From contig JAFEAV010000023.1 in the NCBI GenBank assembly GCA_018266215.1, positions 760 to 64,759 on the forward strand: 64,000 nucleotides of DNA. The letters are read 5' to 3'. Within the stretch, counting starts at the first letter, position 1. Each line of letters begins with the position of its first letter. Position numbers and translations under genes: made by a program. This document shows, piece after piece, positions 17,160 to 27,757 of this stretch. This stretch comes from Cyanobacteria bacterium SZAS LIN-3. Lineage in GTDB: Bacteria > Cyanobacteriota > Vampirovibrionia > Obscuribacterales > Obscuribacteraceae. The notes under the pieces are model-generated. The model made no database searches. It worked only from the letters and a program-made list of their open reading frames with translations, and was not told the DNA's origin.

Positions 17160-17697
17160 AGATAGCTCCGATTCCGATTGGAATGTTGAGTTCAAAAAAA
17201 TCGCCCAGGCAGATCTCATCTCGTCAGCCCGCGGGCGAACGAAAAAGGAGAGCGGTAGGCGGGAATGGATAAAAGGTGTTTTTTATGCCGGTTAAAGGAG
17301 AGGAAGTTGTTCTTCCATATTGGCCTTAACTAAACCCTTGTTGGCAAGTGCTATAGAACCCTGTATGGGCCTCGATTAGTGTTTTTCCCAGGACAATACT
17401 TGCCTCTGCTGAAACTGTCTCATTGCGCGGCGCGGAAGCGTGTCGTCGTCGCGACCCTATCGCATTGCCGGTGGTGTCAAATTTCATCACATAGATTGAG
17501 TTGTCCTGGCGCTATTTGTTAGAGCTGGGGGTATCCAATTCATTCCCTCTCCATCCGGCGCATTTCCTTAAACACTGCATACGTCGCTAACTCTCCGCTT
17601 TTTCCAAGCACCTGCCGGTGTCTGTGAGCGGGACTGTATCTGGATAATTTCGTCCTTCAACTTCGTCCATCAACCACCTACAAAAACAGGTATCCCA

Positions 17698-19632
17698 ATG
17701 GAAAAATCAAGAATGAGCTTTGCCCAGCTCTTGCTCAACGTAATATTTATCATCCCCGTCACACTCCGCGTCAGCGGTAAATGGTTGTGCCATCGTGCAT
17801 ACGGTACCGGAGGCTGGGCCAGGACATTACCGGTCGCACTGGTCGGTCTTGCCCTGGGCGTGATGACCGGTTGGCAGGTCGCGGATAGAATTGCCTTCGA
17901 GTTTGCCCCCGGCGCTTTCAGCTGGCTGCTGAATTCCTCCAGCTGGTTTTTAACTTTCCTGCTCGTCGCCTCGCTTGTGTACACGCATGTCTGGTCGGCG
18001 ATCTATTATTTTGCGCTGCGCCATTTGTGGGACTTGTGGGAGCGAGCATGGCGCGCCTATGAACGTATCTGGAAGAGCGTACTGCTCCCGGGCCTTGAGG
18101 CTCTCGTGAAAATCATAAAAGTGGCCCCGGGGTCTACTTATCTCTGGTCGCATCTGGAGGATGAAAACGGTATTCGCTCAAAAGGAATACGGTTGCTGGA
18201 GGTTTTGTGTATCATTGCCATTTTCGGCGCCGGCGGTTATTCAGGATATCTGACCTATGAGCTGGTCTCCGCTTCAGGGCTGCAATTTGTTGGTCTTAGT
18301 GCGGTAGCTACAACTCTGGCTGTTATCGTTGCCATTTCCCTGGTGGGTCTGATCAGCCCCTTGTTTGACAGTAAGGCCTATGCATCGGTGGCTGCTGCCA
18401 GCGCCATGAGCACCTCCGTACTGTTCTTCTTGCCGCCGGCTTTTCTCGGACAGACTTTTGCCATCAAAGCTCTGGCCCTGTTCGCCATGTTCGTTTTTGG
18501 CGTAGCCTATACGGTGCCGGCGCTTGTAATCTTCATGCAAGGCGGATTTATGAAGAAGGTTCTGACTCAATGGAGGCGCATGCTTGATACCGCATACGGT
18601 GAGGAAAGCGATAAGGATTATCAGCGGTTCTTCCAGCACGCCCTCAATATCGCGCTGTCATTTGTCCTGACCTGGATTGCTTACAGCATCAGTATCAGCA
18701 TTGGATTCGCCTACTGGCTTGCCTTCCTGGTCGCTGCCCTGACCCTGGTCTATACCTATGCCGAGGGATTCCAGAAACATCTGGGTCAATCAAAGGCAAA
18801 TACCGAGCTGGCCTTCGTGTCCATCCTCGCGGTTTCCTATCTCAGCTATCAGGCGGTAACAGCATCTTCCGCCGCCGTCGCCTTTGGTCTTTCCCTGGCT
18901 GCCTTTCTGGCTACGGCTCTGATTGCGTATCCTTTCTTCTACATCGCCCTGCGTTTTGTCACCAGACGATTCGTCACCTCTGCCGGCTATGCTCTGGAGA
19001 AAGTACATGCCCGCTTGTCCAGCCGCGTGGTTGCCGCTTTTGCCTGGCTGCGCCGGAAGCAGGATGAAGCCTTCAATGATAGATCCGAGTTTGCCGGTCT
19101 TTTTGGCCATCTCCTCAACGTCGCCATTCTGGCGGCGGCACTGACCCTGTGGATCCCCTCTGCGGCCGCTTATGCGACCAGCAACATTTTCTTTGAGATA
19201 GCGATTTTCGCTTTCGTCTCAGTTAACGGCTTTATCCTATTAGGACGGTTATTCTCGTCCTACAGCGGTGCTACTCTGGGCTTCTTCACTGGCCTGTCCA
19301 CCTTCGCGGCGGTAGCCTATTTCGTCAATGATATGAGCGGGTCCCTGACCATCGCATTGTTGGTGGCCGGCGTTGCCAGCGGTATCGTAGGCGGTGTCGT
19401 CGCCCCGCTCTTCTATTTGCAGGTGGCCCGGCTGCTCGCTCCTTTTACGGCTACTCTGGCGCCGCCTGTTAATCGTGTTTTCAACATTTTGTGGTCTGCT
19501 TATAGGGACCTCTGGATTGCATTCGGGCGTCACTTTGCAGTCGTTCTGGCATTGCTTCAGCCCTTGTTTGCTGCGGTGGCGCGTACCTGGCAAACCGTTG
19601 CCGCGCAGTTGACTCGCCTGTTCGGCGCTTAA
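17698..19632 (+). CDS. Large polytopic membrane protein, function unknown
   Basis: 644 aa, with many hydrophobic helices throughout. Transcribed divergently from the dikinase-like operon. Confidence 0.65.
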   Translation: MEKSRMSFAQLLLNVIFIIPVTLRVSGKWLCHRAYGTGGWARTLPVALVGLALGVMTGWQVADRIAFEFAPGAFSWLLNSSSWFLTFLLVASLVYTHVWSAIYYFALRHLWDLWERAWRAYERIWKSVLLPGLEALVKIIKVAPGSTYLWSHLEDENGIRSKGIRLLEVLCIIAIFGAGGYSGYLTYELVSASGLQFVGLSAVATTLAVIVAISLVGLISPLFDSKAYASVAAASAMSTSVLFFLPPAFLGQTFAIKALALFAMFVFGVAYTVPALVIFMQGGFMKKVLTQWRRMLDTAYGEESDKDYQRFFQHALNIALSFVLTWIAYSISISIGFAYWLAFLVAALTLVYTYAEGFQKHLGQSKANTELAFVSILAVSYLSYQAVTASSAAVAFGLSLAAFLATALIAYPFFYIALRFVTRRFVTSAGYALEKVHARLSSRVVAAFAWLRRKQDEAFNDRSEFAGLFGHLLNVAILAAALTLWIPSAAAYATSNIFFEIAIFAFVSVNGFILLGRLFSSYSGATLGFFTGLSTFAAVAYFVNDMSGSLTIALLVAGVASGIVGGVVAPLFYLQVARLLAPFTATLAPPVNRVFNILWSAYRDLWIAFGRHFAVVLALLQPLFAAVARTWQTVAAQLTRLFGA

Positions 19633-19662
19633 CAGCACCTGATTGAGTGCGGTGCCCATCCC

Positions 19663-20406
19663 ATGCAACAGATAACCGAAGAGTATCTAACTATGAAAAA
19701 CGACACAATAACCCATTCCGCCATAAACGCTTTTATGGCCGACCTGGCTGATCAGTACCGTCACAGAAACGTCATCAACGATGCCGAGCGGAAGATATTT
19801 ATCGATTTCTTCGACGCCTTATTCACGTCCGAGATTGAGACTTTGAAGCGTCTGGTCGAAGGCTATGGGAGTGCTCCGGAAGACGGCATCATGATTTTTG
19901 CCGCGCTGTGCCGCGCAATCGGTGTCATCCTCAACGATTACAGCAACTCATACAGCTGGACTGAGGGTAAGTTGTATCTGGGAACTGTGACCAGGGCGGC
20001 ACAGTCCAGGCCTTATTCTAAGTTTACCGGTGAAGAACGGCACAGTCTGGTGCTTTTCGTCGATGGCCGTGCGCCGACCGCTTTTAAGAACTGTCGAGAT
20101 GACCGACTGCGGGGTGCAGCTGATGCGCAGAGCCATGTCGTATGTGCCTCCGAGGCTCTGGAGCAGTTTGCTCGCGTCCTGGCCGAATCTGCTCTCAGTC
20201 TTATCGCCGCTGGGCGTTCTGATGATTTCACGCCTTTCGAAATCCCTCCACACATGCTCAAGCACATTATCGGACAGCGGCAGTACGCCATCAGCAAACG
20301 CACCTTTGCCGCCGAATTCGCAAGAGAGCAAGCTGCTCGCGGCAAGATCAGTTTCTTCTGGTGGTGCTTACAGAACAAAGGCAAGATTGAACAATTTGGC
20401 CTTTAG
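19663..20406 (+). CDS. Hypothetical protein
   Basis: 247-aa ORF 30 bp after the membrane protein gene, followed by a strong terminator. Confidence 0.55.
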   Translation: MQQITEEYLTMKNDTITHSAINAFMADLADQYRHRNVINDAERKIFIDFFDALFTSEIETLKRLVEGYGSAPEDGIMIFAALCRAIGVILNDYSNSYSWTEGKLYLGTVTRAAQSRPYSKFTGEERHSLVLFVDGRAPTAFKNCRDDRLRGAADAQSHVVCASEALEQFARVLAESALSLIAAGRSDDFTPFEIPPHMLKHIIGQRQYAISKRTFAAEFAREQAARGKISFFWWCLQNKGKIEQFGL

Positions 20407-20560
20407 GTCGATCTCAAAGCACCCAACATTTTTGTTTTCGGCTTCCATCACAGCGTGATTCTGGGCCTTGTCTCCCTTTTGCCGCCGATTGGATTCTTTG
20501 AGGGGCTGCTTCATCTGATTGGTTTGATTTAAACCCGTCATAGCTGGCGGCTAACTGATT

Positions 20561-20598
20561 TCGAGGCGCATGGACGCGCCTCGACTTTTCTTTTTTTT
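20561..20598 (+). terminator. Rho-independent terminator
   Basis: tcgaggcgc/atggac/gcgcctcga followed by cttttctttttttt. Confidence 0.85.
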
Positions 20599-20712
20599 GA
20601 GCATAATAGTTGACCGGTCTATTAAAAAATAGATGACCCGGCAATGATAATCCCGGTGCTAACTTTGGTAGAGAAAGAGCGGGAACAGGTTGTTTGGAAG
20701 GGAAAGCTTTTT

Positions 20713-21618
20713 ATGTTTGGAGCGATAGAGGCCGGCGGCACGAAGTTTGTTTGCGGCATAGGCACAGGACCGGACGACGTTCAAACCTGTCAAATTCCCA
20801 CTACAAGCGCGACAGAGACGCTGGAGGCTGTGGTCGCTTTTTTCAAAAGCTTCGATACCCCACTGAAGTCGGTGGGTATTGGTTCTTTTGGTCCGGTTGA
20901 TCTGGACCGCAATTCACCCAGTTATGGTTGCATCACGTCGACACCAAAGCCTGGCTGGCAGGATGTTGATCTTGTAGGCACTCTTGGTAGGGCCTTGAAT
21001 GTACCGATCGGCTTTGATACGGATGTGAATGCCGCGGCTCTGGGCGAAGGTCGCTGGGGGGCGGCGCAGGGGCTCTCCGACTTTATCTATCTGACCGTCG
21101 GTACTGGTATCGGTGGAGGTGCCGTCGTCAATGGGCAGGTCGTGCATGGCCTGGTCCATCCCGAGATGGGACACATTAGAGTGCCGCACGATACCAATCG
21201 CGATGCTTTCCCCGGGTTCTGTCCATTTCATGGAGATTGTCTTGAGGGCCTGGCCTCGGGGCCGGCGCTGGAAGCTCGCTGGGGGCAGAATTCCGCCGGC
21301 CTGCCCGACGATCATCCGGCCTGGGCGCTTGAGGCTCATTATCTGGCGCATGGGCTGTCTACCTGGGTGTGCACCCTTTCGCCCAGGAGGATTATCCTGG
21401 GTGGTGGCGTGATGAAGAAGGCTTTTCTCTTCCCTATGATACGCAAGGAGCTGTCAGCTCTCTTAAACGGCTATGTGCGCTCCGATGCTCTCAGCGTCGG
21501 TCTGGATGAATATGTGGTGCCGGCTCAGCTGGTAGGTCTGTCAGGCATAATGGGGGGCTTTGTTCTAGCTGAGAGAGCTCCGGCACACTCTTGCGGTCTT
21601 TCGATGAGACAGTACTAG
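20713..21618 (+). CDS. ROK-family fructokinase
   Basis: Start at MFGAIEAGGTKFVCGIG. ROK blocks LTVGTGIGGG and HPEMGHIRVP...CPFHGDCLEGLASGPAL, as in ScrK-type fructokinases. Confidence 0.8.
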   Translation: MFGAIEAGGTKFVCGIGTGPDDVQTCQIPTTSATETLEAVVAFFKSFDTPLKSVGIGSFGPVDLDRNSPSYGCITSTPKPGWQDVDLVGTLGRALNVPIGFDTDVNAAALGEGRWGAAQGLSDFIYLTVGTGIGGGAVVNGQVVHGLVHPEMGHIRVPHDTNRDAFPGFCPFHGDCLEGLASGPALEARWGQNSAGLPDDHPAWALEAHYLAHGLSTWVCTLSPRRIILGGGVMKKAFLFPMIRKELSALLNGYVRSDALSVGLDEYVVPAQLVGLSGIMGGFVLAERAPAHSCGLSMRQY

Positions 21619-21910
21619 AGCTCGCTATTTTGATTTGGCTCGGTTCGTAACTTCGGGCTGAGGATCTGCTTGTGCGCCGTAGATTTGCTCTGATATTACT
21701 AGATATCTCTCATTTTTCTTTTACGCCGCAAGGAACTTTTATCCACTCTAAACAGCCTCACTGGCCTGCGCATTAGTTTTATTCCGTGCAACTTTGTTGC
21801 TGCGCGGTGTTATCGCTTGAGAGATTGAAGCTGCTGGACTGCGGCGGACCCTTTTTGTGCCTGGCCTGGAATGGACTCCGGGGAAGGTGCCTGTTATTTG
21901 GGATTTGCCT

Positions 21911-22327
21911 ATGACTGTCAAGAAAATTAGAAAAGAAATCAGTAACAGTGAATTGCCGGCTAAGAAAGAAGCCGTTCTGGCTAAATTCAAGGTCCTGTTC
22001 GCAAGAGCGGACGCCAGTCTGCAACTCTTTCCCGGTACGGCGAGATTGCGCCGTAGTGGTGATTCGAGCGTGAAAGAGCTGGGAGTTTTCCCGATTGACT
22101 GCATGGTGAGCACAAATGAGGGCAAGGTCTATTACTTCGCTTTCGGCTATGACCGGGGCAAAGAGATGGAAAATCCTTTCTTCATATGGCTCGATGACAG
22201 TTGGTTCAAAGGGACGCAACTCGTTGCTTCGGAGCGCGCTTTGTACGTTGCACTATCTCAGGCTATGGCTCATCAAGGTCGTTTTGACGATCAGGGCATC
22301 AGCTTGAGAATCACACTCAACAACTAG
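21911..22327 (+). CDS. Hypothetical protein
   Basis: ORF with an internal ATG start (MTVKKIRKE). The overlapping minus-strand ORFs look non-coding. Confidence 0.45.
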   Translation: MTVKKIRKEISNSELPAKKEAVLAKFKVLFARADASLQLFPGTARLRRSGDSSVKELGVFPIDCMVSTNEGKVYYFAFGYDRGKEMENPFFIWLDDSWFKGTQLVASERALYVALSQAMAHQGRFDDQGISLRITLNN

Positions 22328-22338
22328 CAGGAAAAATT

Positions 22339-22710
22339 ATGTCAAATACCGACTATGAAATTATCACCGGTTTGATAGTGAGTATCGGCCTCGCCGCTAT
22401 TTACTATTTCTGGATCAAGATTGAGATGAAGACTCAGTTTCTGCAGAAACTGGAGGAGACTGAAGAGAAGTTGAATCAAGCTCTGGAAGCCTGTGCCGGA
22501 GAGCCTGATTTTAGTAAACCGCTGCGGCTCTTGCGGCAGGCAAAAGAATGGATGCGCGAAATCAAGGAATTTGGCGGGTCCGTTGATCTCGACAAAGACC
22601 TCGATGACATCGTCGCCGCCCGCCGTCAGCTTTATTTTGTCAATGCCAATATTGACCGGGCCCTGCGCCTGCGTGCCAATGCCGACAAAGTCAATTATTT
22701 GTTGGCCTGA
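22339..22710 (+). CDS. Hypothetical protein with an N-terminal TM helix
   Basis: 123 aa. TM helix IITGLIVSIGLAAIYYFWI followed by a charged helical region. Confidence 0.5.
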   Translation: MSNTDYEIITGLIVSIGLAAIYYFWIKIEMKTQFLQKLEETEEKLNQALEACAGEPDFSKPLRLLRQAKEWMREIKEFGGSVDLDKDLDDIVAARRQLYFVNANIDRALRLRANADKVNYLLA

Positions 22711-22736
22711 ATCAATCTTTGCCAATCGGAGGTTTT

Positions 22737-22955
22737 ATGTATTTAGATCCTGGTGTTTTTCTGGTAATGCTTCTTCTGGCATTACTGATCTGGCAAGTGT
22801 TCTGGCGTTTGACTCGCTGGTTCACCAACTTGCTCATTTTCTTCCTGGTCATGGCCGTTCTTTTCCCCTTGCAGACCAGGGGCTTGCTTGGTGCTGTGAT
22901 GCAGGCTCTGGGTGAGGTCTTCCACCGCTTACTATTCGTCCTCGGCCTCTATTGA
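22737..22955 (+). CDS. Small membrane protein
   Basis: GGAGG 5 nt upstream of the ATG at 22737. 72 aa with two or three hydrophobic helices. Confidence 0.5.
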   Translation: MYLDPGVFLVMLLLALLIWQVFWRLTRWFTNLLIFFLVMAVLFPLQTRGLLGAVMQALGEVFHRLLFVLGLY

Positions 22956-22988
22956 GGTCCTGAGCTTTTGTACAGCCTCTAATAATTT

Positions 22989-23019
22989 GCCACCACCCGG
23001 ATGTGGTGGCACTTATTTG
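22989..23019 (+). terminator. Probable terminator
   Basis: gccaccac/ccggat/gtggtggc followed by acttatttg, a weak T-run. Confidence 0.5.
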
Positions 23020-23184
23020 CAGGCTGCATTGGTGGTGCTTTTGTAAGCTCGTTTTTTAGTGCTATATATTATAACTGGTAGTATAAAATGAGAGGTCGAT
23101 CGGCACTGGACTGTCTCCCCGGCGAAGGGAGGTGTCCTGGGGGTAAATTTTGGGCATATTGCAGGGGTTAAGGGCTGAGGTTCT

Positions 23185-25359
23185 GTGACAAATCGGGACG
23201 AGTCGGAGCAAAACAGGCCTGGGCGGCAGCCGGATCCGGCGGCTACCTGGAGTACTTATCACTTCCTGGCCGCTGATCCGACTCGAGTTTCGAGTCAGTC
23301 GCAGACTGCTTCTCTGCCTACGGGTAACGGCCGCTGCCAGGTCTATGCGCCCGGGGACGTAGTCGACAATACCTATCGACTTTTGTCTTTGATCGGCAGT
23401 GGCGGGATGGGTGTTGTTTTTCATTGCCAGCATGTCATCCTGGGTAAGGAGTATGCGCTCAAGCTTTTGTCGTCGGATAATCTTACGGTTGAGAGCTGGT
23501 CACGCTTTCAATCTGAGGCCAAGGCCCTGGCGCGTCTCCATCACTCCGGTGTTGTCGGCATTCACAACATGGGTATCGATAAAAATCAGTGCCCCTATTA
23601 CGTCATGGATCTGCTCTCCGGCAGCTCACTGGCTCAGCTTGTACGAAAAGAGCGTCGCATATCGGTCAAGCGGGCGCTGAATATTTTCATTCAGTTGGCT
23701 GAGGCCCTGGATGCCGCGCATCAGCAGGGGATCATCCACCGCGACATCAAACCATCCAACATTATGGTCGTTGAAGGTTCGGCCGGTGAATCAGCCAAAG
23801 TAGTCGATTTTGGTATTGCCAGACTCTCGAACAGGGGCCTGGACCGTCAGTTTGAGACGATCGCCGGCAGTGTTTTCGGTACGCCGTTTTATATGAGTCC
23901 GGAGCAAGGACTGGGGCGCACAGTTGATGAGCGCTCGGATATTTATTCTCTTGGTTGTGCCTTCTTTGAGGCTCTGACAGGCGTGCCGCCGCTGTGCGGG
24001 GAAAGTGCCATGGAGACTGTCATGCTTCATCAAACAGAACCGGCGCCGGGTCTTTCCGAGGTCTACACAAAGGGCGATTTTGATCCCGGTCTGGAGGCCG
24101 CCGTTGCCAAAATGCTGGCCAAGGATCCGCAGGAGCGCTATCAGTCGATGAAGCAGGTGGCTCATGATTTGCGGCGCATTCAGGAAGGTAAGGCGGTGGG
24201 TTCTCTGCGAACGGTGCCTCCCGCCGCTGATGCCTATGAAAAGGCGATCGGACAAAACTTCAGGGAGAAGCTGATTCCGGCCTTGCAGGCCAGAGATGTC
24301 GAGCCTCCGCCGAAAGCGCGTTTCAGTTTCAGTCCGGCAGTAATTACCGCCGGCGCTGCGCTGGCCGTCGGCATGGGCATAGTATGCTTCTGGGTGTTTG
24401 CTCAGGGCCGTATCGGTGGCACTACAGCTGCCGTGGCCGCCGCCGGTGCGCCGACTGAAGCGAGCGAAGACGCCTGGGACCGTGGGGCTTCTGATCCGTT
24501 GTTTCCCGAGTTTCCTGAGTTTTTGCGGAAGGTGCCGAAGATGAGCACCGACATCGTCAGGGGCGGCGTTGTCGTTTCAAGGCAATTTGAATTTCCCTCT
24601 TTTGACTGCAAGTTCGGATATTTGCAGGCCGGGTCGGCCCAGCCCAGGAAGGCCATAGGTAAGATTGATGTGCCGCCCGATCAGCCGGTAACGGTCTATA
24701 TGCAGTGTCTCTGCACGCCCTTTCCCACCATCTGCAAAAAATTCGGTGATGATGCTTTGACCGGTCTTGAAATAGTGACCTTCGAGGTGCCTACGGTGGT
24801 GAAGAAAATCACGGGTTGGACCAGGCTCAGACATCTTTCATTTTTTAACAGCATTGAGCGTGTTGAAGGTATGGACTGTTCCACTGTTTATCCCGAGGAC
24901 ATTCCGGTAATCGATCAATTGACGAATCTGCGTTCTCTGGGGCTTTGCGGCGAGACCGTATCGGAACACTATCGCAATGGGCTGCAGTTGAAAGGTTCCG
25001 ACATTACGGGGATGAGACTATTGAGTCGTCTGGATACGCTCATGCTCAAGGAGATTGCCGATATTCGCCCGGTTCTGACGGCTATCTGGCTGCACCCCAA
25101 TATCAAAACGCTCTATCTGGATAATCTGGACATTGATGACTTGGACATCGAGATTCTGTCAAAGTCCACTGGTTTGGAGAACATTACGATTTTTCAGTGT
25201 AAAAAAGTGACGCCGCAGGCGGTGGCAAGTTTTAGTAAGATGAAAAACCTCAAGAGTCTGCATATGGACGATAATTGGTCGCCGGAAGTGCGGGCGGCCT
25301 TTGCCGCTAAGGTTAAAGCCTATCAATACGAGAGCTACAAAAAGAATACCCATCACTGA
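23185..25359 (+). CDS. Hanks-type Ser/Thr protein kinase with one TM helix and a C-terminal leucine-rich repeat domain
   Basis: 724 aa with a GTG start. Kinase motifs GSGGMGVVF, ALK, HRDIKPSNIMV, DFGIA and GTPFYMSPEQ. TM helix ITAGAALAVGMGIVCFWVFA. C-terminal RNI-like LRRs (LTNLRSLGL, IKTLYLDNL, LKSLHMDDN). Confidence 0.85.
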   Translation: MTNRDESEQNRPGRQPDPAATWSTYHFLAADPTRVSSQSQTASLPTGNGRCQVYAPGDVVDNTYRLLSLIGSGGMGVVFHCQHVILGKEYALKLLSSDNLTVESWSRFQSEAKALARLHHSGVVGIHNMGIDKNQCPYYVMDLLSGSSLAQLVRKERRISVKRALNIFIQLAEALDAAHQQGIIHRDIKPSNIMVVEGSAGESAKVVDFGIARLSNRGLDRQFETIAGSVFGTPFYMSPEQGLGRTVDERSDIYSLGCAFFEALTGVPPLCGESAMETVMLHQTEPAPGLSEVYTKGDFDPGLEAAVAKMLAKDPQERYQSMKQVAHDLRRIQEGKAVGSLRTVPPAADAYEKAIGQNFREKLIPALQARDVEPPPKARFSFSPAVITAGAALAVGMGIVCFWVFAQGRIGGTTAAVAAAGAPTEASEDAWDRGASDPLFPEFPEFLRKVPKMSTDIVRGGVVVSRQFEFPSFDCKFGYLQAGSAQPRKAIGKIDVPPDQPVTVYMQCLCTPFPTICKKFGDDALTGLEIVTFEVPTVVKKITGWTRLRHLSFFNSIERVEGMDCSTVYPEDIPVIDQLTNLRSLGLCGETVSEHYRNGLQLKGSDITGMRLLSRLDTLMLKEIADIRPVLTAIWLHPNIKTLYLDNLDIDDLDIEILSKSTGLENITIFQCKKVTPQAVASFSKMKNLKSLHMDDNWSPEVRAAFAAKVKAYQYESYKKNTHH

Positions 25360-25380
25360 GCGGCAGGGTCAGGCTGTGCT

Positions 25381-26322
25381 CTACAGACGCTCGATGGCTC
25401 GCTTGTTTTTTTGCTCGTCGCCGGCTGCTTTGTCTTTGACCGCGGCGGCGTGGTTGTTTAGCTTCTCGTAGGCTTCACTGCGAGCATAGTAGGCTGTGCT
25501 TGATTCGTTCAATTCAATTGTTTCGGTGAAGGCTTCGATTGCCTTTTTGTATTCTTTGAGGTTCATGAGCGCCTGACCCTTTTTGAACCAGAGCGTGTCG
25601 TCGAGCGAGTTGAGCTTGAGTACGGTGTCGTAGTCGGCGATCGCTTTTTTGTATTCTTTGATCTTAGCGTAGAGATCAGCTCGCTGTATGATGAATTCGC
25701 TGCTATCTCGGGGGGAGGCTTGCATCGCCCGGTTCAGGTCTTCAATTGCTTTGTTCCACTGGCCGGTCTGCTGATAGGCAGACGCACGCCATTGGTAGCC
25801 TCTGCGGCTGTTCGGCGAGAGCTTGATATAGGCAGTTAAATCGTCAATGGCTTTCTCGTATTGTTTCAGCGAGCCATAGGCTATTGACCGCTGATGATAG
25901 GCCTCGGGATTTGTGGGCAGCAGTTTGATTGCTTCGCTGAAAGTTGCAACCGCCTTCTGATGCTGACCGTCCGAAGCATAGTAAGCGCCCAGATCAACGA
26001 TTGTTTCATAGTCTGCGGGATGGGTGCGCAAATATCGACTCAGTTCGGCTGCCGCTTCTCTGGGGCCGACGGTGAAGTCAATGCAGGCCGCCCTGGTTAT
26101 GTAGGGAAATGGATTTTTGGGGTTGCGCCGGATCAGCTCATCGCAAAGGGCCATGGCTTTGGGGCAACGTCTATGGGACCATTCTTTCTTGGCCATATCT
26201 TCCAGTTGGATATTGGTCAGTTTGCCGAAGTCCCCGGCCTGTGCCGCAGTGCAGCTGAGCACGATACTGACTGCAGGCAGCACAAAGATTCTAAAAATGC
26301 CGGTCTTGGAAGTGCGCATCAA
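25381..26322 (-). CDS. Secreted TPR-repeat protein
   Basis: 313 aa. Signal peptide, then repeated A..Y..A...P......Y..RA TPR units. Confidence 0.75.
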   Translation of the reverse strand: MMRTSKTGIFRIFVLPAVSIVLSCTAAQAGDFGKLTNIQLEDMAKKEWSHRRCPKAMALCDELIRRNPKNPFPYITRAACIDFTVGPREAAAELSRYLRTHPADYETIVDLGAYYASDGQHQKAVATFSEAIKLLPTNPEAYHQRSIAYGSLKQYEKAIDDLTAYIKLSPNSRRGYQWRASAYQQTGQWNKAIEDLNRAMQASPRDSSEFIIQRADLYAKIKEYKKAIADYDTVLKLNSLDDTLWFKKGQALMNLKEYKKAIEAFTETIELNESSTAYYARSEAYEKLNNHAAAVKDKAAGDEQKNKRAIERL

Positions 26323-26685
26323 TTGTCTACGGGGGTGGGTCTTGACTCATGGCAACGGTGGCGGTGGATTGTGTCGGCCCCTGGCGCCCCATTGTTGCAA
26401 CAGCAGCCCCTCTTTGACCTTAATCTGGACACATCTATATTTTAGTGGCTTTGCTGCCTTAGTGTCCCTCTCTGAAGGGCTGTCAGCGGTCCACAGTAAT
26501 TCAGTTGACATCTTTTTACTCCGGGCCAATAATTGTTTTGTTCAAAGCAGCTGGCACCATATACGCCATCATTGTTTTGTTCCGGTTTGAAACATATGCT
26601 CGGAAGCCAGTGGCGGTGCCGCTGCTTGCTGTCGTGCGTCCATGCGAGCAAATTATTTAGACAATCAAAACTGGAGGATCGGCTC

Positions 26686-27672
26686 ATGCAAAGACTCTAT
26701 CGCGCCCCTCAATCAAAAGTTTCTGACAATGTACTTCTGCTCGACCTGGATAACACTCTCACTGATACAAGGCGGTGGTTCGCCGATTTTATCCTCGACG
26801 CGACGGCTGAACTGGCTGAAGCCCTGGACGCTCCTGTCGCCGTTGTTAACGCTCTGTTTGCGGAGGTTGCTCTGGCGACTACTCTTCATGAGTATGCTTT
26901 TGCTGTTGAGGCGATCTCCTGCCGTCTGGCTAAACAAAGGACTCTCTCGTACAAAAAAATTCGCGCGGCTTCGGAGCAGTTCTGGCAACGCTTTGCCAGG
27001 GCGCATGAAAGTATTGAGCTCTACGCGGGTGTGAAAGAAACTCTTTACCGGCTCCGTGCTCAGTTTAGAGATTTGAAGATTGTCATTTTGACTGATTCTC
27101 CGGAGTGGGTAGCGCTGGAGCGCCTGGCGCTGACCGGCACATTGCCGCTTGTGGATGGGGTTGTGGCCATTCGGACTGAGGATCCGCGCTTGAGACAAAA
27201 GGGTTATCGAGACAGTGTCAAGGCTGCTCGCCGTCGCATTGAAGTCAAACAGCAAAAGATCGACAAGCAGCACTTGCTTTTGAATATGGCTATACCGGCG
27301 TCTTTTGCCAAGCCAAGCTCGGCCGGTATTGAGCTTGCGGCCAGGCGATTGGGCTTTGTCGGCGGGCAGATCGTCATCTGCGGCGATAAGGATACAAAAG
27401 AAGGACAGGCTGCCGCCCACTGGCGCAACAGGCAACATCTTATCGGTCTGGGCGATAGTGATATTCATTATGTCCGCGCGCAGTACGGCAATCACGATCT
27501 CGAGCACGGTCGCTATGTTGAGCTGGCCCGGCACATCCGCTCGCTTGCCCGGCCGATCTGTGGTGATGGGCCGACGATTCAGCCGTCCGGGTCGATAGAC
27601 AGCTTCCCTCAATTGATCGACGTCATCAGCCCCTTGCTCTCAGGCGAGAGACGCAAACCGGAGGTGGCGTGA
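26686..27672 (+). CDS. HAD-superfamily hydrolase-like protein
   Basis: Start at MQRLYRAP, with GGAGG 9 nt upstream. DxDxT motif LLLDLDNTLTD, motif II ILTDS and motif IV-like ICGDKD. Confidence 0.6.
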   Translation: MQRLYRAPQSKVSDNVLLLDLDNTLTDTRRWFADFILDATAELAEALDAPVAVVNALFAEVALATTLHEYAFAVEAISCRLAKQRTLSYKKIRAASEQFWQRFARAHESIELYAGVKETLYRLRAQFRDLKIVILTDSPEWVALERLALTGTLPLVDGVVAIRTEDPRLRQKGYRDSVKAARRRIEVKQQKIDKQHLLLNMAIPASFAKPSSAGIELAARRLGFVGGQIVICGDKDTKEGQAAAHWRNRQHLIGLGDSDIHYVRAQYGNHDLEHGRYVELARHIRSLARPICGDGPTIQPSGSIDSFPQLIDVISPLLSGERRKPEVA

Positions 27673-27757
27673 GTCCGCCTGTATTCGTAATTTCACCGGT
27701 GACGCCAATCGGAGTCCTGACTACAATAACGGAACATCAAAGTGGACATCACCCCTC

